DNA from: Octopus sinensis
Lineage: Eukaryota
Length of the DNA: 64,000 nt
NCBI RefSeq assembly: GCF_006345805.1
Contig: NC_043006.1
Span: forward strand, 89,714,001-89,778,000
Direction: 5' to 3'
Below, piece by piece: positions 50,628 through 64,000 of the stretch. A program made the translations under genes and the position numbers. How positions within the stretch are numbered: position 1 is the stretch's first letter; each line of letters starts with the position of its first letter. The notes under the pieces are model-generated. The model was not told the origin of the DNA, did no database searches, and was given only the letters and a program-made list of their open reading frames with translations.

Positions 50628-51219
50628 TGCATATATCACTCTCACATAAATATATAATGTAATAATGCAGATAACCCACCACACCATCTGATGATATACA
50701 TAAGTGTACATGTATCAACATCACATACAGGTAACATATACACTTTTTTTTTATGTATATCTGACAATAAACAACTGGAACTGTGCACATTACAACAAAG
50801 ACACATGTCACTGTCATTGCTTCTCTGATTTTATCAATGGTTTTGTTGTAAAACAAATAAAAGGTTCAACAAAAGGAAATGCAAAATACTGGAAATAATT
50901 TCATATACAAGAGCAATTTTCCAAATAAAATATGCACATAAATGCTGGCTTTCAACTTCTATCATATTTAACAATATTTTGAGCTGAAAAGTGAGCTGTA
51001 AGCCAGTCAGACCACCTGCCTGCATGCCTGCCTATGCATGTATGTGTACATACATAGATATATGCACATATGACTGCCTACCTGCCTGTCTGTCTGTCTG
51101 TCTATCATTGTTAAATATACTAGAAATGATGGCGATAATAACAGCAACATCATGAACTATTCACCTAATACTACTACCCTAGCCATTACCAGCACTACCT
51201 CATCTCTCTCTCCAATTAA

Positions 51220-51677
51220 CCATCGCAGAACTGATAGTTGCAACAGCAGATCTGGAACAGACTGCCCACTGCAGAAGATTCCCCACCGTATACCAATGCA
51301 CCATTTATAACAAAGTAAATAACTCCTATAGTTACTACATTGGATCTACCACAATCTCCAAACAAAGATATTATGCACATTCAAACTCATTTAAATATAA
51401 GGAGAATAGCAACTCCACATCACTAGCCAGCCACATACACCATCCAATTAATAAAAAAATACAGTATAAACTTTCCTGGGCTATAACAGACTCTGGTATC
51501 CCATATCAGGGCCAGCACTCCATTGGTGGACTCTGCTTAAAAGAAGCCCTCAAAATTTTAACCCATAACTTACCACAATTGCTTAATAAACACATGGAAG
51601 CCTTCACAATGTGTAAACACAAATTCTTCTGCATTTTTAAATTTTTTCATAAATCTAAATGTGAGTTCATCCACTGA
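51220..51677 (+). pseudogene. GIY-YIG endonuclease of a 5'-truncated Penelope-like element (not in ORF track)
   Basis: SCNSRSGTDCPLQ linker, then a frameshift, then VYQCTIY...YYIGSTTISKQRYYAH...TSLASHI...LSWAI...PY...LCLKE...LLNKH.E..TMCKH (51288-51677). Same subtype as the 42-kb frames. Confidence 0.8.
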
Positions 51678-52227
51678 GAATAACACCCACATACAAACCT
51701 CCATGATCATTAACACATACCCCTCTATATCTCTTCTATTAAACTTACCTAATCACTTTATAAGATAAATGTTAATTCTTTACTTTATTTTTAAACCATA
51801 ACCTAATAAATCCCCTAATATTTAACTCTTATTCCTAAATAATTTAACCTTCAACTGGTTTCTCCATTCACAACTACCTACACACCCATATCCCTATTGC
51901 TAAACATATTTCTATGGCCACTGGACCTTAAAACACTGAGCCATAAAACAGACACAAACACTTACTACTAGATATGCCCACACACACACATACAAATAAA
52001 TATAAGTGATCAGTTTTTACTAACACACACACACACACACTAATAGATAGGTTCTGTTACTCAGGCAACCTAATTAGCAGTCAAGGACAATATTCTGAAA
52101 GTATAATTGTTAGAAAGAAAACTGGCTGGATAAACTTCAGAGAGTTTTTACCTCTGTTGACAACAGAATGTCTCTCTCTCTCTCCCCCTCTCCCTCCTCC
52201 TCCCCTCTCACTCCCCCTCTCTCTCAG

Positions 52228-52570
52228 AATGAAAGGCAGATTGTATGATGTTTGTGATGTTACAGAGTGATGTTACATGGTAGTGAGATGTGGGCCCTGA
52301 ATGCAGGGGACATGCAAAGATTAGAAAAGATAGAAGATAGTATGCTCCGCTGGATGTGCAATGTGTGTGTATGACAGAGTAGAAATGTATTGAGAGAAAA
52401 GTTAGGCATGAGAGGAATCAGAGAAAACTGCACTGATTTGGTCACTTGATGTGTATGGATGAGGAAAATTATATAAAAAAAAAGTGTATGGATTGAACTC
52501 ATTTGAGATGTAGACTCAGGAAGACAGGGGAGGAAGTACTGAAGGCTGATCTCCAGATGCTGAGCGTTAC
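52228..52570 (+). mobile_element. 3' fragment of RTE-like LINE
   Basis: Collinear with ~30945-31320 (KGRLYDV...MLHGSEMW). Confidence 0.65.
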
Positions 52571-53149
52571 AAAGGAGATATCAAAGGACCTAATGATTGA
52601 CATTTTGCTGTATAAATATCTCTGTTATCTACTATCATTCTTAACACCTAGCCATATCCTACCTATTATATTCCATTATGTATCCCAATATCTCCCTCTC
52701 CATTGCTCCTGTACCTTGCACGTCATTCTACTATTTTGGCTTCTACTCTTTTTCCTGTGCCATTTCTATATCACCTGCCTTACTCTTCTACAGACTGGTA
52801 TTTCCCACCATCTGAACCACCAGCCTTGTTCATCGCTTATACACTAACCTCTGTCTCTGTCCTCACACTTTTATGAAAGCATCCACTCTCTCCATCCCCT
52901 CCTATGATCAACCTTCCATCTCCTCTCTCATTCTTTGAGAGTTTGTTCTAGCATCCCATCACTGCCTTCCTCTTATTTCCTTCAGCCATATATCACATCA
53001 AGGGCAAGACCCTTGTCCCTCTGCCACACTTTAGCCTTCCGACATCTGGTACACAGTCATCCTGCTTCATCTTCCCTTCGTAAATACTTCTTAGTAGTGG
53101 GAGATTTGGCCCTGTTCTTTCTTTGCCTTGCAAGTTACATGGCAACCCT

Positions 53150-53345
53150 GTTAGTGCTGCTGGCATAAAAAAAAAACACGCCCAGTACACACTGTAAAGT
53201 GTCTTGGGCATTAGAAAGGGCATCCAGCCATTGAAATCATACCAACGATGATTGGAACTTTATGCTGCCATGCAGCTTGCCAGTTACCTGTCGAAGCATC
53301 CAACCCATACCAGCATGGAAAGCAAACCTTAAATGATGATGATAA
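53150..53345 (+). mobile_element. Element with RTE-type 3' tail
   Basis: Shared tail ending in (GAT)n. Confidence 0.6.
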
Positions 53346-53844
53346 CGAGGATGACGACACACACACTCACACACATTTAATAGAAGGATTATTTAAAAAG
53401 TCCCTGATTTAAGACACACACACACATGTACATCTACACACATAAATGTATCTTTATATCTATTTTTCAATCAATTAATCTATACATGTGATCACATGCA
53501 TGTGCACACACACACACACACACAGCCCATTCTTTTAACCTGTTTCCATATTGAGTCTGCAAATAAGAAGGACCCCATACAGTGTGTTCAACCAATTTTG
53601 GTGGATGGTTATTTGGCATCATTGCTGTGTTTTCTTTGATCTTTTATGCTTTATTTATTTAGTTAGTTAGTTATGCTTTATTTATTATGCTTACTGTTTG
53701 CAGCAAGAATGACAACATGGATAAGAAATCTACTTTGCAGCTATGTGATTACAGTCCTTTGTGGCCAACTGAACGTGATTAGGGCTGATCTGTGGAATGG
53801 TTTAATAACAACAACACCAGTTCATTATTACACACCAAAAGGCA

Positions 53845-54010
53845 GCAAGATGGCAGAATCGTTACCATGCCAACCAAAATGCTTATTGGCATTTCATCTA
53901 TCTTTATGTTCTGAGCTCAAATTCTACTGAGGTTGGCTTTGCCTTTCATCCTTTTGGGGTCCATAAAATAAGTACCAGCTGTATAGTGGGATCAATCTAA
54001 CCAACTTCCA
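53845..54010 (+). mobile_element. SINE family B
   Basis: Family B head and body. Confidence 0.55.
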
Positions 54011-57000
54011 AGCAGGATAGAAGTTTATTCACCAATGGGATCCTAGCACTGTAACACTAATGGAAGAAATGTATGTGGATTGCATGAGAGACTATGTTGA
54101 AAAATAAACCTCATTTGGTCACATTCTATGAGAATATCTTGGTCAGCCTATGAACCTTTCAGCTGACCCTCATACATAAAAAAAAAACTTGCTAAACATT
54201 GGCATTTTAAAGAGGCACAAGGCAAATGTTTGCAAAGATAGGCTATAAATGTGTGACTATGCAGGTAAAAATTTCGTTAAACTATATCAAAAGTGAAACA
54301 GATAAAACTTGAATCAGGCAGAATTGGGCCTGAGAAAACACTTCCCAACAAAGAGATGAAACTACTTACTGTGATTCTGGTGAACAACATAACCACCATC
54401 GTTTTGTTGTCTACCTGAGAGACAGATGAAAGTTTTGTTAACATACCTTTCATCTTTCTAGGAGAATTTTCATTGTGATAATTAAAAAAAGTGTTTCTTA
54501 AAGGTAGCACAATCATTAAATTAATGTAAAACATATCAGTTATGGGTTATTTATGCTGGAGAAAAGGGTATAATGAGATGATGTGATCTCCATGCATAAT
54601 TGCTGACATACTATAAGCAATTTTTCAAAAGTTTGTGCTTAACAGGCTGTGATATTTTGGCTTGTTTACAATATTTTATTCTGAGTAACAATTATTGTAG
54701 TGAGCAGACTTACCTGGGCCCCCTAGCCTACAGTTTCAATTTTTTAATGCATAAAACAGAAAGCATGTCATACACCAGCAAATATGGTATATTTAAAGTC
54801 AAAACCGTTTTTGATTATATGAAAGAACTTACTTCAAACATAAAAACATGGAGAGGTGTTGGCTACCAGCCAAACTTTAACGAAAAATTAATTCATGAGG
54901 TTTTTTTTTTATTCTATTCATGCCTGTCCTCATCCATTTAACTTCTATTTTAAGCTGCTTTAAGTGTCTTTTATTCTTAAACACTTATTCTTAACCACTT
55001 TAGATTTAATCGACAAAGTTGAAATGATGAATGTCTTTGCCAAAGTCTTCGTTAATGTTTCTGAGTTGTTAAAAACTGAATTTGCTGCTTTTGGCTAATT
55101 CCCCAGCTCAAGAAGGGCTCAGGCCATTTATGTGAGAGAAATACAATTACATTATCTTTTATTTCAGTTATTAAACTGAGGTCATGCTGGAGCACCATCT
55201 TGAAGGGCCCAGTCAAACAAACTGACCCCAGCATTTACACATTTTCTGTCCATGAAATTCACTCACAAATTATTAATCAACTCAGTCTCTTATACTATAG
55301 TATAAGAGACTTGCCTAAGCTACCAGTGCCATGGGACTGAATCTGAAACCATGTGGTTGCATGAGTCTTTAAATATGCAAAACAACCATTTGTGTGTGTG
55401 CACACTGAAGAGGCTTCTGCACAATTTCCATCAATCAAATTCCTCATGACAAATTTGTCAGCCTGGGGTTAGAGTCAAAGACACTTATTCAAGATGTAGT
55501 GGATGGAATTGAACTGAAAACCACTAATTAAGAAGCAGATTTCTTAACCATACAGCTATGCAGTCCTTAAATGTGCCAGTGTGTGTGTACAAACACACGC
55601 ATGCATATACATGCAAATACATTCACACACACATGTATAAAATTATGGATTAATGTACAGTTAATATATGGGTGATTGGATATGAAATAATCAAATAGAT
55701 TGAAAGCAAAAAAATCAGTTTGATCCAGATAAATAGTAATACAAGAAAGTAAAAAAGATGAGAAAAAACCAGAAGATTTAGAAGCAGGAATGGGGAAGAG
55801 AGGATTTTTTTCATTTGTTTTGCCACCCCCAACCATTCTATAAGCCAAACTCCATTTTTGATTAGATAGTCTTTGGCTGAAATAAAACAATACAACAGCA
55901 ACAACAAAAGAGTGTTGATAATTTTGTTCCCATTTGAAATAGGTTCTTTAGTTGTTTGTGTTTGTTGTAGTTTTCTTCCCTTATTTCCTCACCAACCATT
56001 ATATATATTTGACTAAATTTCCTATGTGTTGCTAGACGAACTGGCTACGACAAATCATTAATTAGCTCTTCATTATTGGTTAGGGATGAGGATAACCAAA
56101 TGAAATTAATATCATTCAAAAACAATTTCCGATAATAATTTTAGCTTAGCATTGGCTTAGCTCCAGCTCAACTGTACCCCCTATAATACTATGCTTATGT
56201 TGGGATTCCCCCCTGTTCCTCACTTGACTCCTGACTTCATTTGGAGATAAATCAGTAAATCAGAACTGAACAAATTAGGTGGTAAGGCCAGCCGAGGGGA
56301 AGGATAATCTTCTTAATTAGTAATATTTGCCATGCATTATTAATAATAGCCGTTAGTAAGAGAAATTGGATTGAAAAGGGTTGGATGCTGATGGTGAATA
56401 AATGAGGAAGGAAAGAAGAGAGAAAGACAGACACATCTCTAATTGAAACCAGCAATTCCAATACTGCAGATAAGACTGGCAATATGTTATTTCATTAGTT
56501 TCAGTCTTTGAACTGTGACCATGCTGGAGCATTGCATTATCTATTAGATGAGAATGACACAATAAGAAGCAGGCTGAGTGCTGGTGTTGATGTATCTACC
56601 TGTTCCATACAACTATATCTGACCAATTGTGCTTACAATAGATTACGGTTTTTATTGGAGTATTACATCAGTATTCTTTATTTTTTTTTATGTGGATATT
56701 TTCTGGTTCCGCTGTGCCTTTTGTATGGTCATCAAGATAATTCCTTCCTGTCCTGATGACCATTCTCAACTGTCCTAGAAGCAACATCAGGCCTCATATC
56801 ATCTTGTAGACATTGTTGAACAGTGACTGGGGATGAGTGACATCTTCCTCACTAAAATGGTACAACCTACAGTTTCTATCACAGCACAGAGGTTTAGAGA
56901 AATCCTTATCTCTTTTATTGATCAGGGATTTAGCAGCAATCCCTTAATCTTGCAAAAGAAAGGCATAGTGTCTATGTGAGATGTGATGTCCAAGAGAAGC

Positions 57001-59484
57001 TACAATTCCTGTCAATGTTGCTGGTATTCTCAAACTTGATGGATATGTTCCAATGCACACCTTTCTACTTGTGTGATGAGTATTTTTCTCCCAATCAGTG
57101 ATAAACTCAGAGTACTTGTGCAGGAGTTTTTCATCTAATCTCAAGATGTTATTGCTTTCAATGTTGAGTATAAAAGTGATGTACTCATTTCTCTCTTTAT
57201 TGTTTTGAAAGTGCTGTCTAGGTGACATGCTGGAGCACTCAAAAGCCATCTGGACTGATCCATTTCACATAGATCCTCTCAGTGTCGCTGTTGACAAGGA
57301 AGTTACCTGTCATTGTCAGTTTAAGCAGAATGGGCTATTTGTCATCATCATCATTGTCTTGAAGAAAATTCTAACTGGGCCCTACCTGCAAAGTCATGCA
57401 CTGTTTATCTTGATATGAGGTCATCATGTCATGCACACATGGTTGTGATGCATGTGCCAGATATATCTTTGTCAGACAGGGAGTCATGATGGGTATACTG
57501 GGCCTTGTATACTTCTATCCAGTGTCACTTTGAGGGTGTGTGCTGCTTTCTCACTCAATAATAATAATCATCTTTTATTTCTTCATGATGACGATGATGA
57601 TGATGCATGTGGCCTAGCAGTTAGGGCGGTCAGCTCATGATCATAACTGAGCAGCACATTGGGTTGCTTGGTTGAAAATGAGCATCAGCTGAGTACTGGT
57701 GCAGCTCTCTCTTCCTGTAGCCATCACATCTTGGCTTCATGACTGGGTCAAAAGGTGGAAGTGTCAAGACAGTGCCTATGTCTGTTCATGACAACATGGG
57801 CACTTATAACAATGAGTGAAAGCATAGCACATGCTACCAAGTTCCCACACATTTGTAGCTAGTGGCTGACACTTTATTCTTCTTCTTGTTATTAAAATGG
57901 TAAGCTTGTAGAATCATTAGCATGTCAAACAAAATGCTTGGCAGCATTTCTCTTGGCTCTTGCATCGTTTCTATGTGCATGTGAGAGTGTATAGAGAAAG
58001 TGACAGAGAAACATACACAGACACATGCATGCATTCTGTGTGTGCTTATTTCACTTCCTTTCATTTTTCCAATTTCATTTCAAGTTTATTTCTGAAGTTT
58101 GCAAATAGCTAAGGTTTGTAAATAGAAAAGAGAAATGCATCCGGCCAAGAAAATGTACCAATAGTTTAACCTTGGTCAGCCATACGGTGCTGTTATGACT
58201 TGGTGCTCTTTATGACTCAGTCCATTTCTATCTGGAAGAGGCATGGCTGTGTGTCTGGATGAGTGTTTGACAATATAAACATCAAGAATTCAATGCAATT
58301 GCAATAAGCTGTGAGTGTTTTATTTGCTTGAATCGCTGACATCAATCTATTGTACTATGTTTTGTGTCTTGGAGTAGAATACTTTCCAACTTGTTTAAGG
58401 ATTGACAATGATTGAATTTTGTTTACACTAAAAGAGAAATGAGATGACACAATAGAAATATGCTTTTTTTTTAAAAACAACACACACAAAAAAATTTCAA
58501 ACATTGTATAACCATTAAATAGAATGAATTCAAACAAACGTATGAGAGTAAACATGCTGAGACAAAAAAAAAAGAGGTAATTGTCATCATCATCATCATC
58601 AGCAGCAGCAACAGCAGTATCATCACTACTACCACTAGAGCCACCACCACCACCACCATCATCATGGTTCTATGGCCATCACTTCTATGCTTAACTTTAA
58701 TGTTCAATTTACAAATTTTCATTGAAGTTTATTTTCTAATACTTTATTCATGTGTGCAAACATAAAAAAAAATATCAGCAATTTTGCTTTTCCCCTGTCA
58801 TTAAGTGAAGAAGATAAAAATGGCTGTGCCCTTCCCAGGGCCTCAAAGAATGGTGAATAGAAGGGGAGAGTGATCCTCATATCTGAGATCTGGTCTGAAT
58901 GATTGCCTCTAAAGCTACCAAAGAATTAGGTGATGATGTTAAACAGCATGGGCGATATCCTTTTGATATCAACCCTGCCTCACATCACCCCTAGTTCTAT
59001 AATAAAAACTTCCTGTTGACCAAATTATAACCTTTCATTAAATTTGCATCTTCATTTATGTTCCAAAAACCAGTGAAACACCAAAGTTTTTTAAGTAAAT
59101 TCTTCATTAATTTCAAAACTGAATGAAAGAAAGGCAGTTTATTTCAAGAGAAATGGAGTAAAAAAACAGTTAAGCTGACAATGCTAGAACTCAGAATGCA
59201 AAGAGCCATATGAAATATTGCCAGGAATCTGATTCAAAGTTCTAACAATTCCATGAATCCATGCCATGAAATGGTACTTTATTTTATTGACCCCGAAAGG
59301 CAGGAAGACAAAGTTGACCTCAGTGAATTTGAACTCGAGTTGCAGTGAATTGGAACATCTACCACATGGCATTTTGCTCCATGCTCTAATGAGTCTGACA
59401 TTTAATGCCAAGAATTTTCTGACCTTGAACAATTTTGTAACACATTAAAGAATCATATATGACACTCAAGTCAAAGAACTGACA

Positions 59485-59880
59485 TAGAGAGAGAGAAAGA
59501 GAGAGAGGGGAGAAGAGAGTGAGAGAGAGAGGGGGGAGAAGAGAGTGAGAGAGAGAGGGGGGAGAAGAGAGTGAGAGAGAGAGGGACTGAAAGGAGAAAA
59601 GAGAGAGAAGGAAGAGAGAGAGAGAGGAAAAAAGAGAAGAGAGTGAGAGAGGGAAGCTGAAAGGAGAAAAGAGGGGGAAGGAAGAGAGAGAGAGGAAAAA
59701 GGAGAAGAGAGTGAGAGAGGGAGGCTGAAAGAAGAAAAGAGAGAGAAGGGAGAGAGAGAGAGAGAGAAAGTGATAGAGGCACAGAAAGAGGGAGAAGCAC
59801 AGAAGAGGGGGAGAGAGAAAGGAGGAGGACAGAGTGAGGGGAGAGTGAGAGATGTGGAAAGAGAGAGTGAGAGAGATACA
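59485..59880. repeat. Polypurine (GA-rich) compound repeat with ~68-bp higher-order unit x3
   Basis: CTGAAAG anchors at 59589, 59657 and 59725. Confidence 0.85.
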
Positions 59881-60787
59881 AAGATGACAACAGTTTTCCA
59901 TGATGCACCGACACCTAATGTGTTTATGAGATTCTCTGTTCTGTTGAGTTACCATTTTCCCCCTTTTATCTTTCATCAACTCGTAACTAACTCCAGTACA
60001 GACTTCCTAATATGACTAATCCCCAGAAAAGTGATGTAGATAAATGATATTGTTAAGCAGTGAACCATAAATACATTACAGTATTTAATTTTGTACCTTC
60101 ATGTTCTGAATTCAAATCTCACAGGAGTCAAACTTTTGACTTTCATTCTTCTTGTGTTGATTAAATAAGCATCAACAACATATTGGAGTTGATTTAATCA
60201 ATTCTACTCTGCTCCACTATGATTATTGGCATTGTGCCTCACTAGGAAATCAATACACCTAGTCTCTGGAGATTGTTGTAAATATTGTAATTTATAAAGA
60301 CCTAAATAACTGTCATTGAATTTGAATTTAAAACTGAATAAAGAATTAAAACAAACAAAACAAAACAAAAATAGTTGCAAGTCTTTGTAAATGGTTATAT
60401 GTATATATATATATATATATATTAAATATATACATATATATTAGAGATTGTATATACATATATTTAATGAAATCTCTCTCTCTCTCTCTCTCTATGTATT
60501 TATGTGTGTGTATGTGTGTGTATATATATATGTATATATATATACATATACACACATATATGATGATATCCATGATATATACATATATATGTATGTATCA
60601 TACATGATATATACATATATTATCCAAAATGTATAGTATTATATATCCATCGTGGCTGGTGTATAATACTACACATTTTGGATAATATACCCACTCTATT
60701 GGCAGATATATGAGTGCATCATTTCCCTGACTTATGATCTCTTAGACGACTCACATATGCATGCATATATATATATATATATATATA

Positions 60788-61125
60788 CGAGGATGAGTAA
60801 AAAAGTAATGCCATTTTGTTTAGGACAGGTATAATTACCAACACAGGAACATGTATCATACATCAAAATGAAGCTAGTCCTCTGTGGATCACATCCCTAC
60901 TTCTCAACATAGTAACCATTTCTCTCAATAGCAATGTTCCACCTTCGAATGAAAGCATGTATCCCGGCCTCGTAAAATTCTGTTGACTGTTCTTTGAGCC
61001 ACTTCTTCACAACAGTTTTCACTTCTTCATCACTGGAACAATGTTCACCTCTCAAACCTTCTTTCGTGGCGCAGAAGAGATGATAGTCTGAAGGTGCTAA
61101 ATCTTGTGAGTGTGGAGGTGGTGAA
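60788..61125 (-). mobile_element. Mariner (DD34D-type) 3' end with right TIR
   Basis: PPHSQDLAPSDYHLF...EEVKTVVKKW...FYEAGI..IRRW...GYYVEK*. TA|CGAGGATGAGTAAAAAAGTAATGCC terminus at 60788. Confidence 0.85.
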
Positions 61126-61247
61126 GAAGTAGATATGGAAACATTGAAAAAGCACCTGGACAAATTTCTACCTGATTCTACCAAATTTCTATCATGGCCC
61201 CAGCCCCTGGCAGAAACCAGGAAGAGTATATATATATATAGGATGAA

Positions 61248-61582
61248 CATGTTGTCAACTTAATGTGACAGTCCCATAAAAGGGAAGAATGTTACTGTTA
61301 TTTAGCCCTAGGAAACACTTTCCTGTTGGACTTGACACATCTCCTGTGTCCTTATGTTTTCAAAGTGGAGATAAGCACCTCTACCCAACAAAACCAGCAT
61401 CTAGAGACTAGTTTCAGAGTCACTGCTCATCATCAGTATGGAGTAGCATGGCTTGCTAGCTGTCAATGCCTATTCACCTTTGAAAGCATGTGTCAAGTCC
61501 AACAGGAAATAATGTTTCCTAGGGTTAAATAACAGTAACATTCTTCCCTTTTATGGGTCTGTCACATTAAGTTGACCACATG
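61248..61582. mobile_element. MITE-like element, ~335 bp, ~93-bp terminal inverted repeats
   Basis: 61248-61340 is the reverse complement of 61488-61582 with a few mismatches and one small indel. Confidence 0.7.
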
Positions 61583-61664
61583 CTATCACTTTATCATGCT
61601 GCTACTGCATAAATTTCTCTCAGAGATTTAGAAATATATTATTTCTATATATAAAGGATTTGGA

Positions 61665-63270
61665 AGCTTAAAGACCCTTCATATGGTCAGAGATTTAAGG
61701 ACATCCTAATTGAGAAATTTGATGAGGGGAGGAGGAGATACAAAACTTATGACAAGAGGGCAACTGGGAATTCCTGCAGAACAGCTCGCTGAGTGCCACA
61801 GACCAAATCTGTGGCTAGTGCAAAGTCCATTCCAGACCTAGGGTAACATAGTGGTGGAACGATACTATAGACAAGGACTATCAGAGCAAAGAAACAGGCC
61901 TGGAAGAGTTGGGGTAGAAGGGCACTGTATCAGATAGCCTGAAGGGAATCTAGAAGACAGGAATACCTCACCAAGGGAGAAGCAGAAAAGAGGAAGTTTG
62001 CCTAAGTTCAGCGATGTGAGGGCCAAAGAATTGAAGTGTTCCAGATTGCAAGACAGTATCTGAGAGAAAATTGTGATATCATAAGAGAGAAACGTGTCCA
62101 CATGGACGATGGTGCACTTGCATTTAATGATTCTGCACAGAAAGAGGCTTGGAAATGCAATTATGAAAGACTGCTGAATGTAGAGAACGAGTGGGAGGGG
62201 GAGAATCTCCCAGATGTTGACCCAATTGAAGGACCAGCTATCTGAATTGACAGTACCCTGGTAGATAAGCAGTTAAGACAGGGAAAGCCCCCAGTCCTTC
62301 AGGAATTACCACATATCTGGCAGTGTGGGTTATGATCTTGTTACCCATTTTATAAGTCAGTTGATTCACAAAGGAGTGATATTGAATGACTGGTGTAACA
62401 GCACCATAGTCAACTGCTACAAAGGTAAAGGTGATGCTTTAGATAGAAATAATTATAGAGGTATAAAATTGCTGGATCAGGTGATAAAAGTTACGGAGAG
62501 AGTCATAGACCAACTAATTAGGGGGAGAATTAGTCTAGATGAGATGTAGTTTGGTTTTGTGCCAAGGAGTAGCACCACTGATGCTAAGGCAGCTGCAGGA
62601 GAAATACCTAGCCAAAAATAAACCTCTGTGCATGGCTTTTGTTGATTTGGAGAAAGACTTGGACAGGTCCCCTGATCTGTTATCTGGTGGTCAATGTGGA
62701 AAGTAGGGATAAATAAGTGGTTGCTGAGAGCTGTATAAGCCTTGTACACAGACGCTACCTGTAAGGTGAGGGTTGGCAACAAGTATAGCAAAGAATTCAG
62801 GGTACAAGTAGGGGTTCACCAAGGATCAGTCTTCAGCCCCCTCTTGTTCATCATAGGCCTCCAGGCAATAACAGAGGAATTTATGACAGGCTGCCCCCTA
62901 GGAGCTCCTCTATGTTGATGACTTTGCTCTTATAGATGAATCACTTCCAGAACAAGAGGAGAAGTTTCAGGTGTGGAAGCAAGGTCTAGAATCGAAGGGC
63001 CTTAGAGTTAACTTAGCAAAAACTTACTAAAAAAGTTTTAGTAAGTAGGAAGGCAGACAAATCACAAATCCCTTCAGGGAGATGGCTCTGCTCAATCTGT
63101 AGAAAAGGTGTAGGTAGAAACTCCATAAAATGTACCCAATGTAAGCTTTGAACACATAAGAGGTGCAGCAATATCAGAGGAAGGTTAACAGGAAAGATAG
63201 CTTTTGTATGTGGCAGATGCATAGATACAATAGAGGCTGAAAATGTGCAGAAATTTAACTCCATCGACTG
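61665..63270 (+). mobile_element. Decayed RTE-like LINE fragment (RT + PHD finger)
   Basis: Collinear with ~29180-30780: NNYRGIKLL, GVHQGSV.SPLLF, YVDD, then CSIC...CTQC...HKRC...CGRC. Confidence 0.85.
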
Positions 63271-64000
63271 CCAGAAGTGTGAATATGTATGTGTATACAT
63301 GTGTGTGTTTGTGTGTGAGTGACTTGGTCACTTTAATAATAAGTTTGCTGGTTGGAAATACTGATGATCCTGTTTACTGTATCATCATTTCTATCCTGCT
63401 GGTGCTTTACACTATCAGACATCTCATGGCCCCTCACTTATGGCCGGCCCTTTTGCACCACTAATTCTTACCTGCTTCATATGTTCACTGTCCACCTTGA
63501 CCCCTCATCACCATTGCTTACCCGTTCCACTTCATCATTCCACCCAACTTTTTTAAAATGGAAGAAACCAACAAACCTCTTCTGCTCTTTTATACTTTAC
63601 TCCTCATCTCTTAGCATAAAACTGCCCCTTTCTTTTGGGAGCCGTAGTTTGGTAAGCTGCACAGTGACCTCATTAGCTTTCGTGCAAAAAGACCCTGCCA
63701 CCTAATCCACATTATTAAGTGGTTGGCTTTAGAGCAGGAACCCAGCTGTAGGACCCATGCCAAAGCAGACAATGAAGCACAGTAAATCCCTGGGTCCACT
63801 GGATCCTGTCAAACCATCCAACCCACACCAACTTGGAATATGAATGTTTGATGATGATGATGATGATGATGAGGATGATGATGATGATGAGGATGATGAT
63901 GATGGCAACTTCAAAAGAACGAAAGGCAAATTTGTCATGGGCAGGATTTGAACTTGAAATGCATAGAGAAAGAGCAAATACTGCAGGAAAACTGTTGGGG

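Noticed and set aside
53704-53799. Signal-peptide-like exon (MTTWIRNLLCSYVITVLCGQLNVIRA...)
   Set aside because: The acceptor is good but the donor is weak (gtttaa), no downstream exon was found, and nearby candidates are on the opposite strand. The evidence is insufficient.

Overview
AT-rich animal genomic DNA dominated by microsatellites and decayed transposable elements. The SINE, LINE and microsatellite make-up resembles an octopus/cephalopod genome (inference from recalled repeat families, not a database result). I could not identify an intact host protein-coding gene, only a CpG-island-like promoter at about 10.3-10.6 kb and a few candidate exons. Elements seen: an IR/DR-type Tc1 (DD34E) transposon, mariner fragments, two non-autonomous Helitrons, MITEs, R4/Dong-like and RTE-like LINE fragments (two carrying a PHD finger), several SINE families, and five or more Penelope-like element (PLE) or hammerhead-bearing pieces. 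The most notable structure is a ~3 kb near-spacerless palindrome (40641-43618). Each arm carries a GIY-YIG endonuclease frame with no visible reverse transcriptase and ends in an outward-facing, canonical type I hammerhead ribozyme. Directly beside it is a 341-bp tandem repeat with one minimal hammerhead per unit (retrozyme-like). A further hammerhead at 15042-15078 has a compensatory A3-U8 core pair in place of C3-G8. Three inverted duplications (2.9, 42.1 and 44.6 kb) share one layout: short central hairpin, one-sided indel, long arms. Most ORFs in the supplied track are microsatellite or repeat artefacts. Repeat boundaries were set by eye and are approximate unless exact termini are quoted.
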